This document shows, one piece after another, positions 1 through 9,366 of a stretch of DNA of 64,000 nt (positions within the stretch are counted from its first letter, which is position 1; each line of letters opens with the position of its first letter). The stretch is from an uncultured Clostridia bacterium (GTDB taxonomy: Bacteria > Bacillota > Clostridia > Christensenellales > UBA1242): contig CAKVMJ010000002.1 in the NCBI GenBank assembly GCA_934772445.1, positions 9,475 through 73,474 of the forward strand, written 5' to 3'. The translations under genes were made by a program, and so were the position numbers. The notes beneath the pieces are model-generated. The model did no database searches. It was not told where the DNA came from and worked only from the letters and a program-made list of their open reading frames with translations.

Positions 1-1
1 T

Positions 2-1390
2 CTTACTTTTGATATAGATATAAAAGCAGTAATGAAAGCGTATGGATTTGCAGTATTTGAAGTTTTAGATGGTAACGATATTCAAGAGATAAACCAAAAA
101 ATATCTATGGCAAAAAAATCTCAAAGTCCAAGTTTTGTTGTTGTTAATACTAGAATTGGTTTTAAATCTGAATATGAAAATTCGAATAAAGCACATGGCT
201 TGGTTATGAAGCCTGAAGAATTGATAGCGTTAAAGAAAAAACTAAAAATAGAGAGCGAAGATAATTTTGAATTAGATAAAGATGTTCAACTCCAATTGGC
301 TATTTTGAAAGGAAGATTTAACGCTATAGAGAGTGACTTTGATGCTAAGATGAAACATTTAAAGATGAAGTATCCTAAAGATTTTGAGAGTATTGCCTCT
401 ATGAGTTTAAGAACGCCAATAAGTTTTTCAGAACACGATTTATCTAGCTTAAAAGGCAAGAGTTCGAGAGAAATGGGGGGCGAGATTTTAAACCAACTAG
501 CATTAGCCGATTTTAGAATCGTTGGTGGAACTGCTGATGTTTCGAGTAGTACAAAAGCATTTATAAAAGATAGCCAAATTGTTGGTAAAAACAACTTTAG
601 TGGTAGAAATATTTTATATGGTATTAGAGAATTTGCAATGGCGTGTATTTCAAATGGTCTTGCATTGATGGGATTTAAGGCTTTTGCTAGCACTTTCTTT
701 GTGTTTAGTGATTATATGCGAAGTGCGGTTAGAATGAGTTCTCTAATGAAACTTCCAGTTGTTTATATTCTAACGCACGATTCAATCGCCGTTGGCGAAG
801 ATGGTCCAACACACGAACCAATCGAGCAATTAGCATCTTTTAGAGCAATGCCAAACTTAAATGTTTTCAGACCTTGCAATGAAAGAGAGTGCTTTGAGGC
901 TTATAGAACGGCTTTTAGCGAGGTTTCAACACCTTCTTTGATAATTCTTACAAGACAACAATTAAGAGTTTTGGAAGGTATTGAATATGATAATATGGAT
1001 AAAGGGGCATATATAATCTCAAAAGAGGGTAAGGGTGTGTTAGATGGTATTATTATTGCAACGGGAAGTGAAGTTTATTTAGCATTAGAGGCTAAGGAAA
1101 AGTTAGCTGCTAAAAAAATAAATGTGAGAGTTGTTAGTATGCTAAACACAAATAAATTTGATGAGCAATCAGATAGTTATAAGAAAAACTTATTATGTAG
1201 TAAGAATATTGTTGCAATTGAAGCTGGAAGTGAAAACGGACTTTGTAAGTATGTAAACAACATAAATGGTGTTATTGGGATAAATACATTTGGTGAAAGC
1301 GGAAATGCAGAAATGTTATTTAAAAAATTTAATATAACCAGTGATGAGATTGTGAATAGATTAAGAGCAATTATTAAAACAAATAAATAG
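2..1390 (+). CDS. tkt: transketolase, 5'-truncated by the window edge
   Basis: The frame is open from nt 2, so there is no true start in the window. The translation carries the transketolase Pyr and C-terminal domains, including ILTHDSIAVGEDGPTHEPIEQLASFRAMPN. A terminator hairpin follows. Confidence 0.9.
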   Translation, partial: LTFDIDIKAVMKAYGFAVFEVLDGNDIQEINQKISMAKKSQSPSFVVVNTRIGFKSEYENSNKAHGLVMKPEELIALKKKLKIESEDNFELDKDVQLQLAILKGRFNAIESDFDAKMKHLKMKYPKDFESIASMSLRTPISFSEHDLSSLKGKSSREMGGEILNQLALADFRIVGGTADVSSSTKAFIKDSQIVGKNNFSGRNILYGIREFAMACISNGLALMGFKAFASTFFVFSDYMRSAVRMSSLMKLPVVYILTHDSIAVGEDGPTHEPIEQLASFRAMPNLNVFRPCNERECFEAYRTAFSEVSTPSLIILTRQQLRVLEGIEYDNMDKGAYIISKEGKGVLDGIIIATGSEVYLALEAKEKLAAKKINVRVVSMLNTNKFDEQSDSYKKNLLCSKNIVAIEAGSENGLCKYVNNINGVIGINTFGESGNAEMLFKKFNITSDEIVNRLRAIIKTNK

Positions 1391-1401
1391 TTTATATAAA
1401 A

Positions 1402-1429
1402 ATGAAGAATGATGAGTTCTTCATTTTTT
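1402..1429 (+). terminator. rho-independent terminator after tkt
   Basis: Stem atgaagaa/ttcttcat with a 7-nt loop, followed by a T-run. Confidence 0.7.
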
Positions 1430-1463
1430 ATCTTAATTTACAATTTAAATCATATATTATTAT

Positions 1464-2090
1464 ATGAATAATGGTTCAAGGATAAGAAATTTTAATAGAA
1501 TAGGTTCAAATATTTCTAAATTTTTTGAATGTTTTAAATGGGAAATAATCTTATTTTGTGTTATATGGTGTGCTGGTTTTATTTTTGGAATTGTTATGGG
1601 AAGTAAGATTGGCGGAGATTTGGAAATTGATAGAATGTCGAATACATATATTGTGGCGTTTATAAATATAGAAATTTCGTATTGGAATTTAATCGGAATA
1701 GAACTTGTATATGTGATTATAATATTTCTGCTTTCGTATGTTTTTAATAAAATGCTTGCTTTTCAGATTATAAACTTTATTTTAACCATATTTTTTGCAT
1801 ATTTATTTGGATTTGACCTTGTTGTTGCATTTGTTTGTTTTGCTTTGTTTTCAAAAATTTGTTTTCTGCTTTTCTATGTGTTGATTGGAATTATAATCTA
1901 CTTAATAAGTTGCGTGATGCTCGGTATTGGATTTAAAGTTTATAAAGTAAACAAAAAGTATGGTAGATTTTGTTTTGGAGAGGGCAACGATTTATTTATA
2001 GTGATGTTACTTCTATGTATTTTAATGATAGTGCTTCTGCTTGTTCAAGCACTATTGCTAAGCTTCGTACATTTTGTTTATGTTGGATAA
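1464..2090 (+). CDS. hypothetical polytopic membrane protein
   Basis: 208-aa ORF with several long hydrophobic segments. I recognise no family. Confidence 0.5.
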   Translation: MNNGSRIRNFNRIGSNISKFFECFKWEIILFCVIWCAGFIFGIVMGSKIGGDLEIDRMSNTYIVAFINIEISYWNLIGIELVYVIIIFLLSYVFNKMLAFQIINFILTIFFAYLFGFDLVVAFVCFALFSKICFLLFYVLIGIIIYLISCVMLGIGFKVYKVNKKYGRFCFGEGNDLFIVMLLLCILMIVLLLVQALLLSFVHFVYVG

Positions 2091-2131
2091 TTCTTATGTA
2101 TAAAGTAAAAAAAGTTAGCAATAATTAGAAT

Positions 2132-2848
2132 ATGGGATTAACGATTATTGTTAGATGTATTATTATTTACACTCTTCTTCTATTGCTTATTAGAATTATG
2201 GGTAAGAAACAAATTGGGCAAATGCAACCTTATGAATTAGTTGTAACTTTAACCATTGCCGATTTGGCTTGTATTCCAATGTCGGAAACAGCTTTGCCTT
2301 TATTGCACGGAGTTATACCCTTGGTAACTATCGTTGTAATCCACACTTTATTATCTTTTTTAGATAGAAAGAGTTTGAAGTTTAGAAAGTTCTTAAACGG
2401 AACACCTGTTATTTTAATTAGCCCTAAGGGAATTGAATACGAAAACTTAAAAAGATGCGATATGGATTTTAACGATTTGCAAGATGCTTTAAGAGGTTGT
2501 GGTTATTTCAAATTAGAGGAAGTAAACTATGCAATTATTCAAACTAATGGAAGTATTTCCGTTTTACCAAAAGCAATGTGTCAGCCAGCAACTCCTGAAG
2601 ATTTAAAGGTGGAAGTGGAAGAAGATAGTTTGCCGATGATTATTGTTTCAGAAGGCAAATTAGTTGAAGATAATTTAAAGGTGGGTAAATTTGAAGATAA
2701 CCAAATTATAAAAGAATTAAAGAAAGCGGGATTTAATAATATAAAAGATATTATGATTGCCACAATTGATTGTGCTGGTAAAATGTACTTGCAAGATTAT
2801 AAAAATGAATATAGAATTTTCGAATCTTCATTAGGCGGTGAATGGTAA
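2132..2848 (+). CDS. DUF421 (YetF-like) membrane protein
   Basis: N-terminal TM segments and the MGKKQIGQMQPYELVVTLTIADLA signature typical of DUF421/YetF proteins of spore-formers. Confidence 0.75.
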   Translation: MGLTIIVRCIIIYTLLLLLIRIMGKKQIGQMQPYELVVTLTIADLACIPMSETALPLLHGVIPLVTIVVIHTLLSFLDRKSLKFRKFLNGTPVILISPKGIEYENLKRCDMDFNDLQDALRGCGYFKLEEVNYAIIQTNGSISVLPKAMCQPATPEDLKVEVEEDSLPMIIVSEGKLVEDNLKVGKFEDNQIIKELKKAGFNNIKDIMIATIDCAGKMYLQDYKNEYRIFESSLGGEW

Positions 2849-2865
2849 TGAAGAGGGGGATATTT

Positions 2866-3234
2866 ATGATAACATTAACGGTGTTGTTACTCAGTTTAGC
2901 TATATGGGAAGCAGTTGCTGTTAATGGGGTAATTAGTAATTTATCAGATTCTATAGATTTAATTATAGATGATTTTGAAAACCATAAAAATGATATAACA
3001 GTTCTCTCTAAAGATGTTTCAGAAATTAAATCGTTCTGGGATGATAGAGAATGTACACTATGCTTAATGTTTAATCATAAAGACTTAAGCGATGTTACGG
3101 ATAGTTTAAATAAATTAAAGACTTATACTGATTTAAATGATTATGATGATGCGCTAACAGAACTTTATTTATTACAAAATTTTTCAAGTAAAGCCACCCA
3201 TATAATGGGATTCAATATTCATAATATTTTATAA
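2866..3234 (+). CDS. DUF4363-like small membrane-anchored protein
   Basis: An N-terminal TM helix followed by a helical domain. It sits directly after the DUF421 gene, the usual pairing. I prefer the ATG at 2866, which follows the GAGGGGGA RBS, over the track start at 2842. Confidence 0.5.
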   Translation: MITLTVLLLSLAIWEAVAVNGVISNLSDSIDLIIDDFENHKNDITVLSKDVSEIKSFWDDRECTLCLMFNHKDLSDVTDSLNKLKTYTDLNDYDDALTELYLLQNFSSKATHIMGFNIHNIL

Positions 3235-3248
3235 AAAAATCAAAGAGT

Positions 3249-4781
3249 TTAGGCTCTCTGATTTTTCTTTCTTGATAATGATTTTACTTTTAATCTATTC
3301 TTAATCGTTTCTATAAAAGAATGGGTATCTAGTATGTTAAATGTTGATAATAATATAAAAAATATGCCAACTGAAACTATAGATGTTATCGCTAAAGATA
3401 TAAATAATGGTAAAAAATTATAAAGTATATTAAATAAGTATTTTGTTAATAATGTGATAGGAATTGACAATAATAGTAGTATTATTGTCAATTTAATATA
3501 AGAATAAGACAAATTAGATTGTTTTGAAATTATTCTCATATTTAAAATCGTTGTAATGGTTGAAGATATTCCCATACCAATAACAATAGATGTTGCACCA
3601 ATGTATTTAGGTAAGAACCAAACAGAAGCAAGTAAGAATATGCTAGCAAATAAGTAAATCCAAAATGATTTTTTCTCTTCTCCAATTGCATTTAAAACGC
3701 TTGTTGAGATTTGTGTAAAACACATTGGAATCATAAGCCAAGCCGACATACTAAGATAAATTCCAGCCTCGCTTGAATTAAATATAAACTTGCAGGCAGG
3801 CTCGCCTAAGGCGATAAATGGTGGAATTAAAAGGAAGGTTAATATAAGTGAAAAATTTAAAGAACTCATCACTTCATTATTCATTCCATCATAATCTTTT
3901 TGTCTAAATGATAGAGCAGTTCTTGGAATAAGAGCAGTGGAGAACGCACCTATGATTGTTGATGGAATAGTTAAAAGGGGAAGGGTCATACCCATAATAA
4001 TTCCTATTTGTGAAAGAGCATAATCGTTTGTAAATCCAGCACTAACAAGTCGAAGCGGAATTAAAATTGAAATTAATGGAACTATTAAACTTCCACCAAT
4101 TCTTACAAAGGTTATAGGCAAACTGGATTTAATTATGTTTGAAAAATATCCTTTAGGGTTTCCAATTTTACCACCAACTTTAAAGTAAACACAAACGCCA
4201 ATGACAGTACTTAAAGCTCCGGCAACGCCAAAACTAATACCAGCAGGAATAGGTGAGTTATCTGGGAATAAGAATATAATTAAAATCACGCATAAAACTA
4301 TTCTTAGGATTTGTTCTATTAGTTCAACTAATCCGATGTGGAGGTACTTCTCTTTTCCATAAAGGTAACCTCTAAATGATGTGTAGAAACCAGTTGATAA
4401 AATAGCAGGAATCATTGTTAGAAGAATAATATAACTAGTTTCATCTGTAAAGAATAACCCAAATAAATTTTTAAATACCAAAACAAAAACTGTAAGAAGA
4501 ATGCTTGCGGTCATATTGATAATAAAACCAGCTGTTACAGTTCTGCCATTTTCTTTATTTCCGTTTGGATTAGTGGAAACTATTCTAGAGATTGTTAAGG
4601 GAGTACCGCTCGCTAAAAGAGTATTGAAAATACCAAAAACACTTAATGCAATTGTGTAGATTCCCAAAGTTGAATTTGTTAAGGTTCGAGATAGAAATAT
4701 TCTATAAACAAAACTCAAGCATCTTGTTAATATGCTAAAAATAGATAATAAAGCAACTGCTTTGAATAAAGATTTGATAAT
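3249..4781 (-). CDS. SpoVB-like MOP-superfamily flippase (polysaccharide biosynthesis protein)
   Basis: About 14 TM segments with a MOP/SpoVB-like N-terminus. The alignable first TM helix (IIKSLFKAVALLSIFSILTRC) lies upstream of the first canonical start, the TTG at 4718. Only ATT (4781) or ATC (4778) follow the AAAGGAGA RBS in frame. Confidence 0.7.
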   Translation of the reverse strand: MIKSLFKAVALLSIFSILTRCLSFVYRIFLSRTLTNSTLGIYTIALSVFGIFNTLLASGTPLTISRIVSTNPNGNKENGRTVTAGFIINMTASILLTVFVLVFKNLFGLFFTDETSYIILLTMIPAILSTGFYTSFRGYLYGKEKYLHIGLVELIEQILRIVLCVILIIFLFPDNSPIPAGISFGVAGALSTVIGVCVYFKVGGKIGNPKGYFSNIIKSSLPITFVRIGGSLIVPLISILIPLRLVSAGFTNDYALSQIGIIMGMTLPLLTIPSTIIGAFSTALIPRTALSFRQKDYDGMNNEVMSSLNFSLILTFLLIPPFIALGEPACKFIFNSSEAGIYLSMSAWLMIPMCFTQISTSVLNAIGEEKKSFWIYLFASIFLLASVWFLPKYIGATSIVIGMGISSTITTILNMRIISKQSNLSYSYIKLTIILLLLSIPITLLTKYLFNILYNFLPLFISLAITSIVSVGIFFILLSTFNILDTHSFIETIKNRLKVKSLSRKKNQRA

Positions 4782-4792
4782 CGTATCTCCTT

Positions 4793-5266
4793 TTAAATAT
4801 ATAGAATTTGTCCAATAAATAATTTATTAGATTTAAGATTATTTCTTCTGATTATTTCATTAATATCTGTATAATACATAGAAGCAATGTCGTTTAAATT
4901 TTCTAAAGGTTTAACAATATGCCTTTTGCCATTAACTTTTGAAAGAATTACAATATCATTGCTTGAAATATTCTCGCTTGGTGAAATTTCATAACCTAGA
5001 GCCTGAAGTGATTCTATTGTTTCATTTTCTTTAAGCTTGTAAATTCTTGGAACAAAATAATTCTCAATTATCTGAAAATCATCATCGCCATCTTTTATAA
5101 TTGCATAATCATAACCAAGCAATTTTTGATTGCTATTAAATTTTATATTGTCACTTTTTATATTGCATATCTTTGCCACTTTTTCTCTTGCTTCATTTTC
5201 TTTTAAAAGATAAACTTTTTGCATAAACTTTGTCCTTTTACTTATTTGTATGAAAATTCTTTTCAA
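4793..5266 (-). CDS. hypothetical protein with a C-terminal LysM domain
   Basis: The C-terminal 45 aa (HIVKPLENLNDIASMYYTDINEIIRRNNLKSNKLFIGQILYI) fit the LysM pattern. The stop abuts the RBS of the SpoVB-like gene. Confidence 0.6.
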   Translation of the reverse strand: MKRIFIQISKRTKFMQKVYLLKENEAREKVAKICNIKSDNIKFNSNQKLLGYDYAIIKDGDDDFQIIENYFVPRIYKLKENETIESLQALGYEISPSENISSNDIVILSKVNGKRHIVKPLENLNDIASMYYTDINEIIRRNNLKSNKLFIGQILYI

Positions 5267-5370
5267 TATTATGTTTTAATTTGTGATTTTATAATTAATT
5301 TTCTTTTAAATAAGGATATAATGTGATATAATATTAAATATATAAGATGTATAACCTAAAAGGATGAAAT

Positions 5371-6498
5371 GTGATGGTAGAAATTGTTGAGGTAAAAACA
5401 AAGAAACAAAGGAAAGCCTTTGTTAATTTTCAAGTTGAATTGTATAAAGATAATAAATATTTCGTTCCGCCAATCTTGGCTGATGAAATGGGTATATTTA
5501 ATAAAAAGAAAAATGCGAATTTTGAAGAATGTGATACTTGTTATTATTTAGCATATAAAGATGGGAAATTGGCTGGAAGAATTGCTGGTATTTTGCAAAA
5601 AGCTTGTAATAAAAAAATGAATCAAAAATATGTAAGATTTTCAAGAATCGATTTCATAAATGATTTAGAGGTTGCAAAAGCATTATTCAAAGCTGTTGAA
5701 GATTGGGCTAAGGCTCAAGGTATGGAATATGTTCACGGTCCTCTTGGATTTAATGATCTTGAGAGAGAAGGTTTATTAATTGAAGGATTTGATGAATTAT
5801 CTTGTTTTGAAGAAAATTATTCTTATGATTATTATCCAAAATTGATAGAACAATGCGGTTATTCTAAAGATGTTGATTGGCTAGAATATAGAATAAAAGT
5901 TCCTAAAACTATTGATGAGAAGATTACAAGAGTTAGTGGGAAAATCGCTCAAAGATATGGTTTTAAACTTGTTAATATTAAGAGTACTAGAGAAGTTGTT
6001 AATAAATATAGAGATCAAATTTTCAAACTTTTAAATGAATGTTATAGTCCGCTTTATGGCGTTGTTCCAATCACTCCAAAACTAGAAAAACAATTAGTTA
6101 GTCAATTCAAACTTATAGTTGATAAAAAGTTTATTGCAATGGTTACAAATGATAAAGATGAGCTGATTGGTTTTGGTTTGGTTTTCCCAAGTATTGCTGA
6201 AGCAATGCAAGAAATGAAAGGTAAATTGTTTACTCCAAAAATCTTTAAACTACTAAAAGCAGTTAAACATCCAAAGGTTGTTGACACAGTATTTATAGCA
6301 GTAAGACCAGATTATAGAGCAAAAGGTGTTCCTGCATTCATAATTAATGAAATACTTTCAAACTTAATTAAATTAGGTGTTGAAGAGGCTGAATCTTTGC
6401 TTCAATTAGAAACAAATGTAAATATCAAGAATGCGTTTGATGATTTTGATAGGCGTCAACATAAGAGAAGAAGATGCTATATTAAAAAGATTGATTAG
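5371..6498 (+). CDS. GNAT-like N-acetyltransferase family protein
   Basis: 375 aa. The N-terminus (VEIVEVKTKKQRKAFVNFQVELYKDNKYFVPPIL) is typical of a conserved Firmicutes acyl-CoA N-acyltransferase-like family. An ATG at 5374 is an alternative start. Confidence 0.6.
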   Translation: MMVEIVEVKTKKQRKAFVNFQVELYKDNKYFVPPILADEMGIFNKKKNANFEECDTCYYLAYKDGKLAGRIAGILQKACNKKMNQKYVRFSRIDFINDLEVAKALFKAVEDWAKAQGMEYVHGPLGFNDLEREGLLIEGFDELSCFEENYSYDYYPKLIEQCGYSKDVDWLEYRIKVPKTIDEKITRVSGKIAQRYGFKLVNIKSTREVVNKYRDQIFKLLNECYSPLYGVVPITPKLEKQLVSQFKLIVDKKFIAMVTNDKDELIGFGLVFPSIAEAMQEMKGKLFTPKIFKLLKAVKHPKVVDTVFIAVRPDYRAKGVPAFIINEILSNLIKLGVEEAESLLQLETNVNIKNAFDDFDRRQHKRRRCYIKKID

Positions 6499-6584
6499 AT
6501 AGGGAGAAATTAAATTTCTTCCTATTTTTTCAACTTTTATAAAGTTAAAACATAAATATAAACATATAAAAATAGGAGAAATGT

Positions 6585-7862
6585 ATGGTTATTTATGTAA
6601 TAGAAAAAGGTGATACAATTTTCAATATTGCCGAAAGATTTAATGCTTCACCTGAAAAGATTATAGAAGCAAATGGCTTAACAAACTTAGATAATTTAGT
6701 TGTTGGGCAATCAATAGTACTTCCAATTAATGTTTATGCTTATGAAGTCCAAAAAGGGGATACTTTATATAGAATTTCGCAAAGATTTAACACTAGTATT
6801 GATGCAATTTTAAATGAAAACCCAGATATAACTAATCCAGATATGCTTAGTATTGGTCAAATTGTGCTACTTCCAATTGGTATTCAACCGATTGGTAGAA
6901 TGGAAGTAAATGGATATGTTTATCCCAATATTTCAAATTCAAATTTATCTAAAACTCTTCCAAATTTAACCTATATTAGTATTTTTAGCTATGATATAAA
7001 TGCTGATGGTTCATTAAATACAATTACAGATGAGAGAATTATTAACCAAGCAAAGCTATATGGCGTTGCACCAATGATGGTTATAACAAATTTTGATAAC
7101 GAAGAGGGTAGGTTTTCAGGTGAACTAGCAAATCAAGTATTTACCAATGCAGATGCTAGAGCAGTTTTATTTGATAATGTTATTCAAACCGCACTCGCAA
7201 AGGGTTATAGGGGAATAAATGTTGATTTTGAATATCTATTCCCAAGTGATAGAGAAAACTATGTTAATTTCTTAACCGAATTAAAACAACAAACTCAAGC
7301 TAACAATTTAGAATTATTTGTGGCTTTAGCACCAAAAATTAGCGGAGAACAACAAGGAACTTTATATGAGGCACACGATTACGAACAAATCGGTAAAATT
7401 GCAGATAGAATAATATTAATGACTTATGAATGGGGTTATTTATATGGTGAACCTCAAGCAGTTTCTCCAATAAAACCAATTATGCAGGTTTTAGATTATG
7501 CCACAACTGTTATCGAACCAAGCAAAATCCTAATGGGTGTTTCAAATTATGGCTATGATTGGAAATTGCCTTATGTTGAGGGTACGCCGGCAACGATATT
7601 ATCTAATATGGAGGCGGTTGACTTAGCACGAACTAAAGGTTCGTTTATCGAATATGATGAGGTTAATCAAGCACCATTCTTTACATATAATACCACCGAA
7701 AATGAGCATATTGTTTGGTTTGATGATGCAAGGAGTTATTTATCTAGGTTTAAATTAGTGGATAAATATAATCTGGCAGGCATTAGTTACTGGACTTTAA
7801 ATAATTATTTCCCACCAATGTTCCAAGTTCAGAATGGTTTATATGAAACAATAAGAGTTTAG
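6585..7862 (+). CDS. LysM-LysM-glycoside hydrolase family 18 protein (YaaH/SleL-like spore cortex hydrolase)
   Basis: Two N-terminal LysM repeats (YVIEKGDTIFNIAERF..., YEVQKGDTLYRISQRF...), then a GH18 barrel with a GINVDFEY catalytic-type motif. Confidence 0.8.
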   Translation: MVIYVIEKGDTIFNIAERFNASPEKIIEANGLTNLDNLVVGQSIVLPINVYAYEVQKGDTLYRISQRFNTSIDAILNENPDITNPDMLSIGQIVLLPIGIQPIGRMEVNGYVYPNISNSNLSKTLPNLTYISIFSYDINADGSLNTITDERIINQAKLYGVAPMMVITNFDNEEGRFSGELANQVFTNADARAVLFDNVIQTALAKGYRGINVDFEYLFPSDRENYVNFLTELKQQTQANNLELFVALAPKISGEQQGTLYEAHDYEQIGKIADRIILMTYEWGYLYGEPQAVSPIKPIMQVLDYATTVIEPSKILMGVSNYGYDWKLPYVEGTPATILSNMEAVDLARTKGSFIEYDEVNQAPFFTYNTTENEHIVWFDDARSYLSRFKLVDKYNLAGISYWTLNNYFPPMFQVQNGLYETIRV

Positions 7863-7897
7863 AAATGGCTTTATAAAGCCGTAAATCCTCAAAAAGT

Positions 7898-7926
7898 TTG
7901 ACAAAAGGGTTGAAATGTGCTAAAAT
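7898..7926 (+). promoter_or_regulatory. sigma-A-type promoter for the ankyrin-repeat gene
   Basis: TTGACA (7898-7903), a 17-nt spacer, then TAAAAT (7921-7926) with a TGn extended -10. Confidence 0.55.
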
Positions 7927-7947
7927 ATTCGTGTGAGGTGCAAATAA

Positions 7948-9321
7948 ATGAATTTACACGAATATTTAAAAAACAAAATAAATAGTATGAAAGCAGGTAC
8001 ATATTTTGCTGATTACTACCAACAAGCTAGTGATACTTTATTTTTAAACTCATTAAAATATAGTTTTGAGAAGATTAAAAACACATCTGATGAAACTAGA
8101 GAATCTTTAAAACAAAATCACCAATTTGGTATTGAAGTGTTAACTCCTAGTGAGTTTGCAAATTTAACTTCTTCAAATGGTGTTTCGATGTTGCAATTAG
8201 CAAGTTCGAAATTAAATTCAGAAGCTGTTAAATTATTAATTGAAAATGGTGCTGATGTAAACTATAGAGCAGAGTTTGGTTTAACTAAAAACTATACTCC
8301 GCTTGCTTGGGCGTTAGGAAATAATGGCTCAATTGAAATATTAACAGAAGAAACAGCAGATGAATATAAATATGATTCATCATATAATGCAAAACCTAAA
8401 AGCTATGATTATAGTTTAGTTAATTTTGATGATTTTAAGAAAACTGTGGATGTATTGCTTGAAAATGGTGCGTTAGCATTAGGAAACGATAAAATGAATA
8501 TAACGCAAAATCAGAAAGAGAAGAACTCTGCAGAAAATGTTAATATGTTTTTATCACAAGTTTTAAATGGTCAACAAAGATTTTATTCAAGAGTTGATGA
8601 AAATGGTGAAAGAACTAACATACATAATGTTGATAGAGCTGAAGTGGTTAGATATGTTATGTCAAAACCCGAACTTGCTAAGGATATTAGTCCAGCTATT
8701 ATAAGTATTGCAAAGAGAAATGATATTGATTCGTTTGTTGAGATAATGGAAACAATTGAAGAAACTGAAAGACCAGCATTACTTAATAAAGTTCACGAAG
8801 TTGAGGCGTACGAATTAGCTGAAACATATCAAAAACTATATAAAGATGTTCAAATGGTAAAGAGTTTGGAAAGAACGATAACCGAGAATGGTGGCGATAT
8901 AAAAAATCCTGTTAACGACTTCACGGGTATGGCATATAAAGAGTACCAACAAAAAATTGATGATTTAAGTGCTGAATATAATCAAATGAGTGAAGGGCAT
9001 AGTGTTTTAACTCAATATGATTCAAAGGATACCTTTAATTTTAATTATCCGCCATATTATATGTTTAGATATGTTAATGATGGAGTTTGTGATTTAAACG
9101 ATTATAAACAATGTGCCATTGATTATTTCTTAGAAAATAATAATGATGCATATAAAACAATTGAAAGTTATGCTAACGATGTGAGAGTGGCAGTTCCAGC
9201 TTTCTCTAAAGAGGAAAATCTAGATGCTCTTGCAGATTATATCCAACCATTTAAAGAAACATTGAAAATAATCAATGAAAAGAATAATGAGTTTGAAGCA
9301 AATAAAGAACTAAAAATGTAA
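7948..9321 (+). CDS. hypothetical protein with an ankyrin repeat
   Basis: An ankyrin-type motif near residues 85-125 (LQLASSKLNSEAVKLLIENGADVNYRAEFGLTKNYTPLAWAL). The rest is unrecognised. Confidence 0.55.
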   Translation: MNLHEYLKNKINSMKAGTYFADYYQQASDTLFLNSLKYSFEKIKNTSDETRESLKQNHQFGIEVLTPSEFANLTSSNGVSMLQLASSKLNSEAVKLLIENGADVNYRAEFGLTKNYTPLAWALGNNGSIEILTEETADEYKYDSSYNAKPKSYDYSLVNFDDFKKTVDVLLENGALALGNDKMNITQNQKEKNSAENVNMFLSQVLNGQQRFYSRVDENGERTNIHNVDRAEVVRYVMSKPELAKDISPAIISIAKRNDIDSFVEIMETIEETERPALLNKVHEVEAYELAETYQKLYKDVQMVKSLERTITENGGDIKNPVNDFTGMAYKEYQQKIDDLSAEYNQMSEGHSVLTQYDSKDTFNFNYPPYYMFRYVNDGVCDLNDYKQCAIDYFLENNNDAYKTIESYANDVRVAVPAFSKEENLDALADYIQPFKETLKIINEKNNEFEANKELKM

Positions 9322-9322
9322 T

Positions 9323-9361
9323 AAAAAAAACATATTAGATTAATTTTCTAATATGTTTTTT
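9323..9361. terminator. bidirectional terminator between convergent genes
   Basis: 11-bp stem aacatattaga/tctaatatgtt, flanked by an A-run and a T-run. Confidence 0.7.
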
Positions 9362-9366
9362 CTGTG

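Noticed and set aside
286-693. Many antisense or out-of-frame ORFs of 60-150 aa in the track. They lie inside well-supported genes such as tkt, groEL, fusA, ftsZ, rnj, portal, the LRR protein and sigG. Examples: 286-693, 33380-33664, 33815-34144, 34523-34819, 57886-58347, 61644-61871 and 63006-63263.
   Set aside because: They lie entirely within strongly supported genes on the other strand or in another frame. They have no RBS. Their composition (poly-S/L/F/I) is typical of shadow ORFs in AT-rich DNA.
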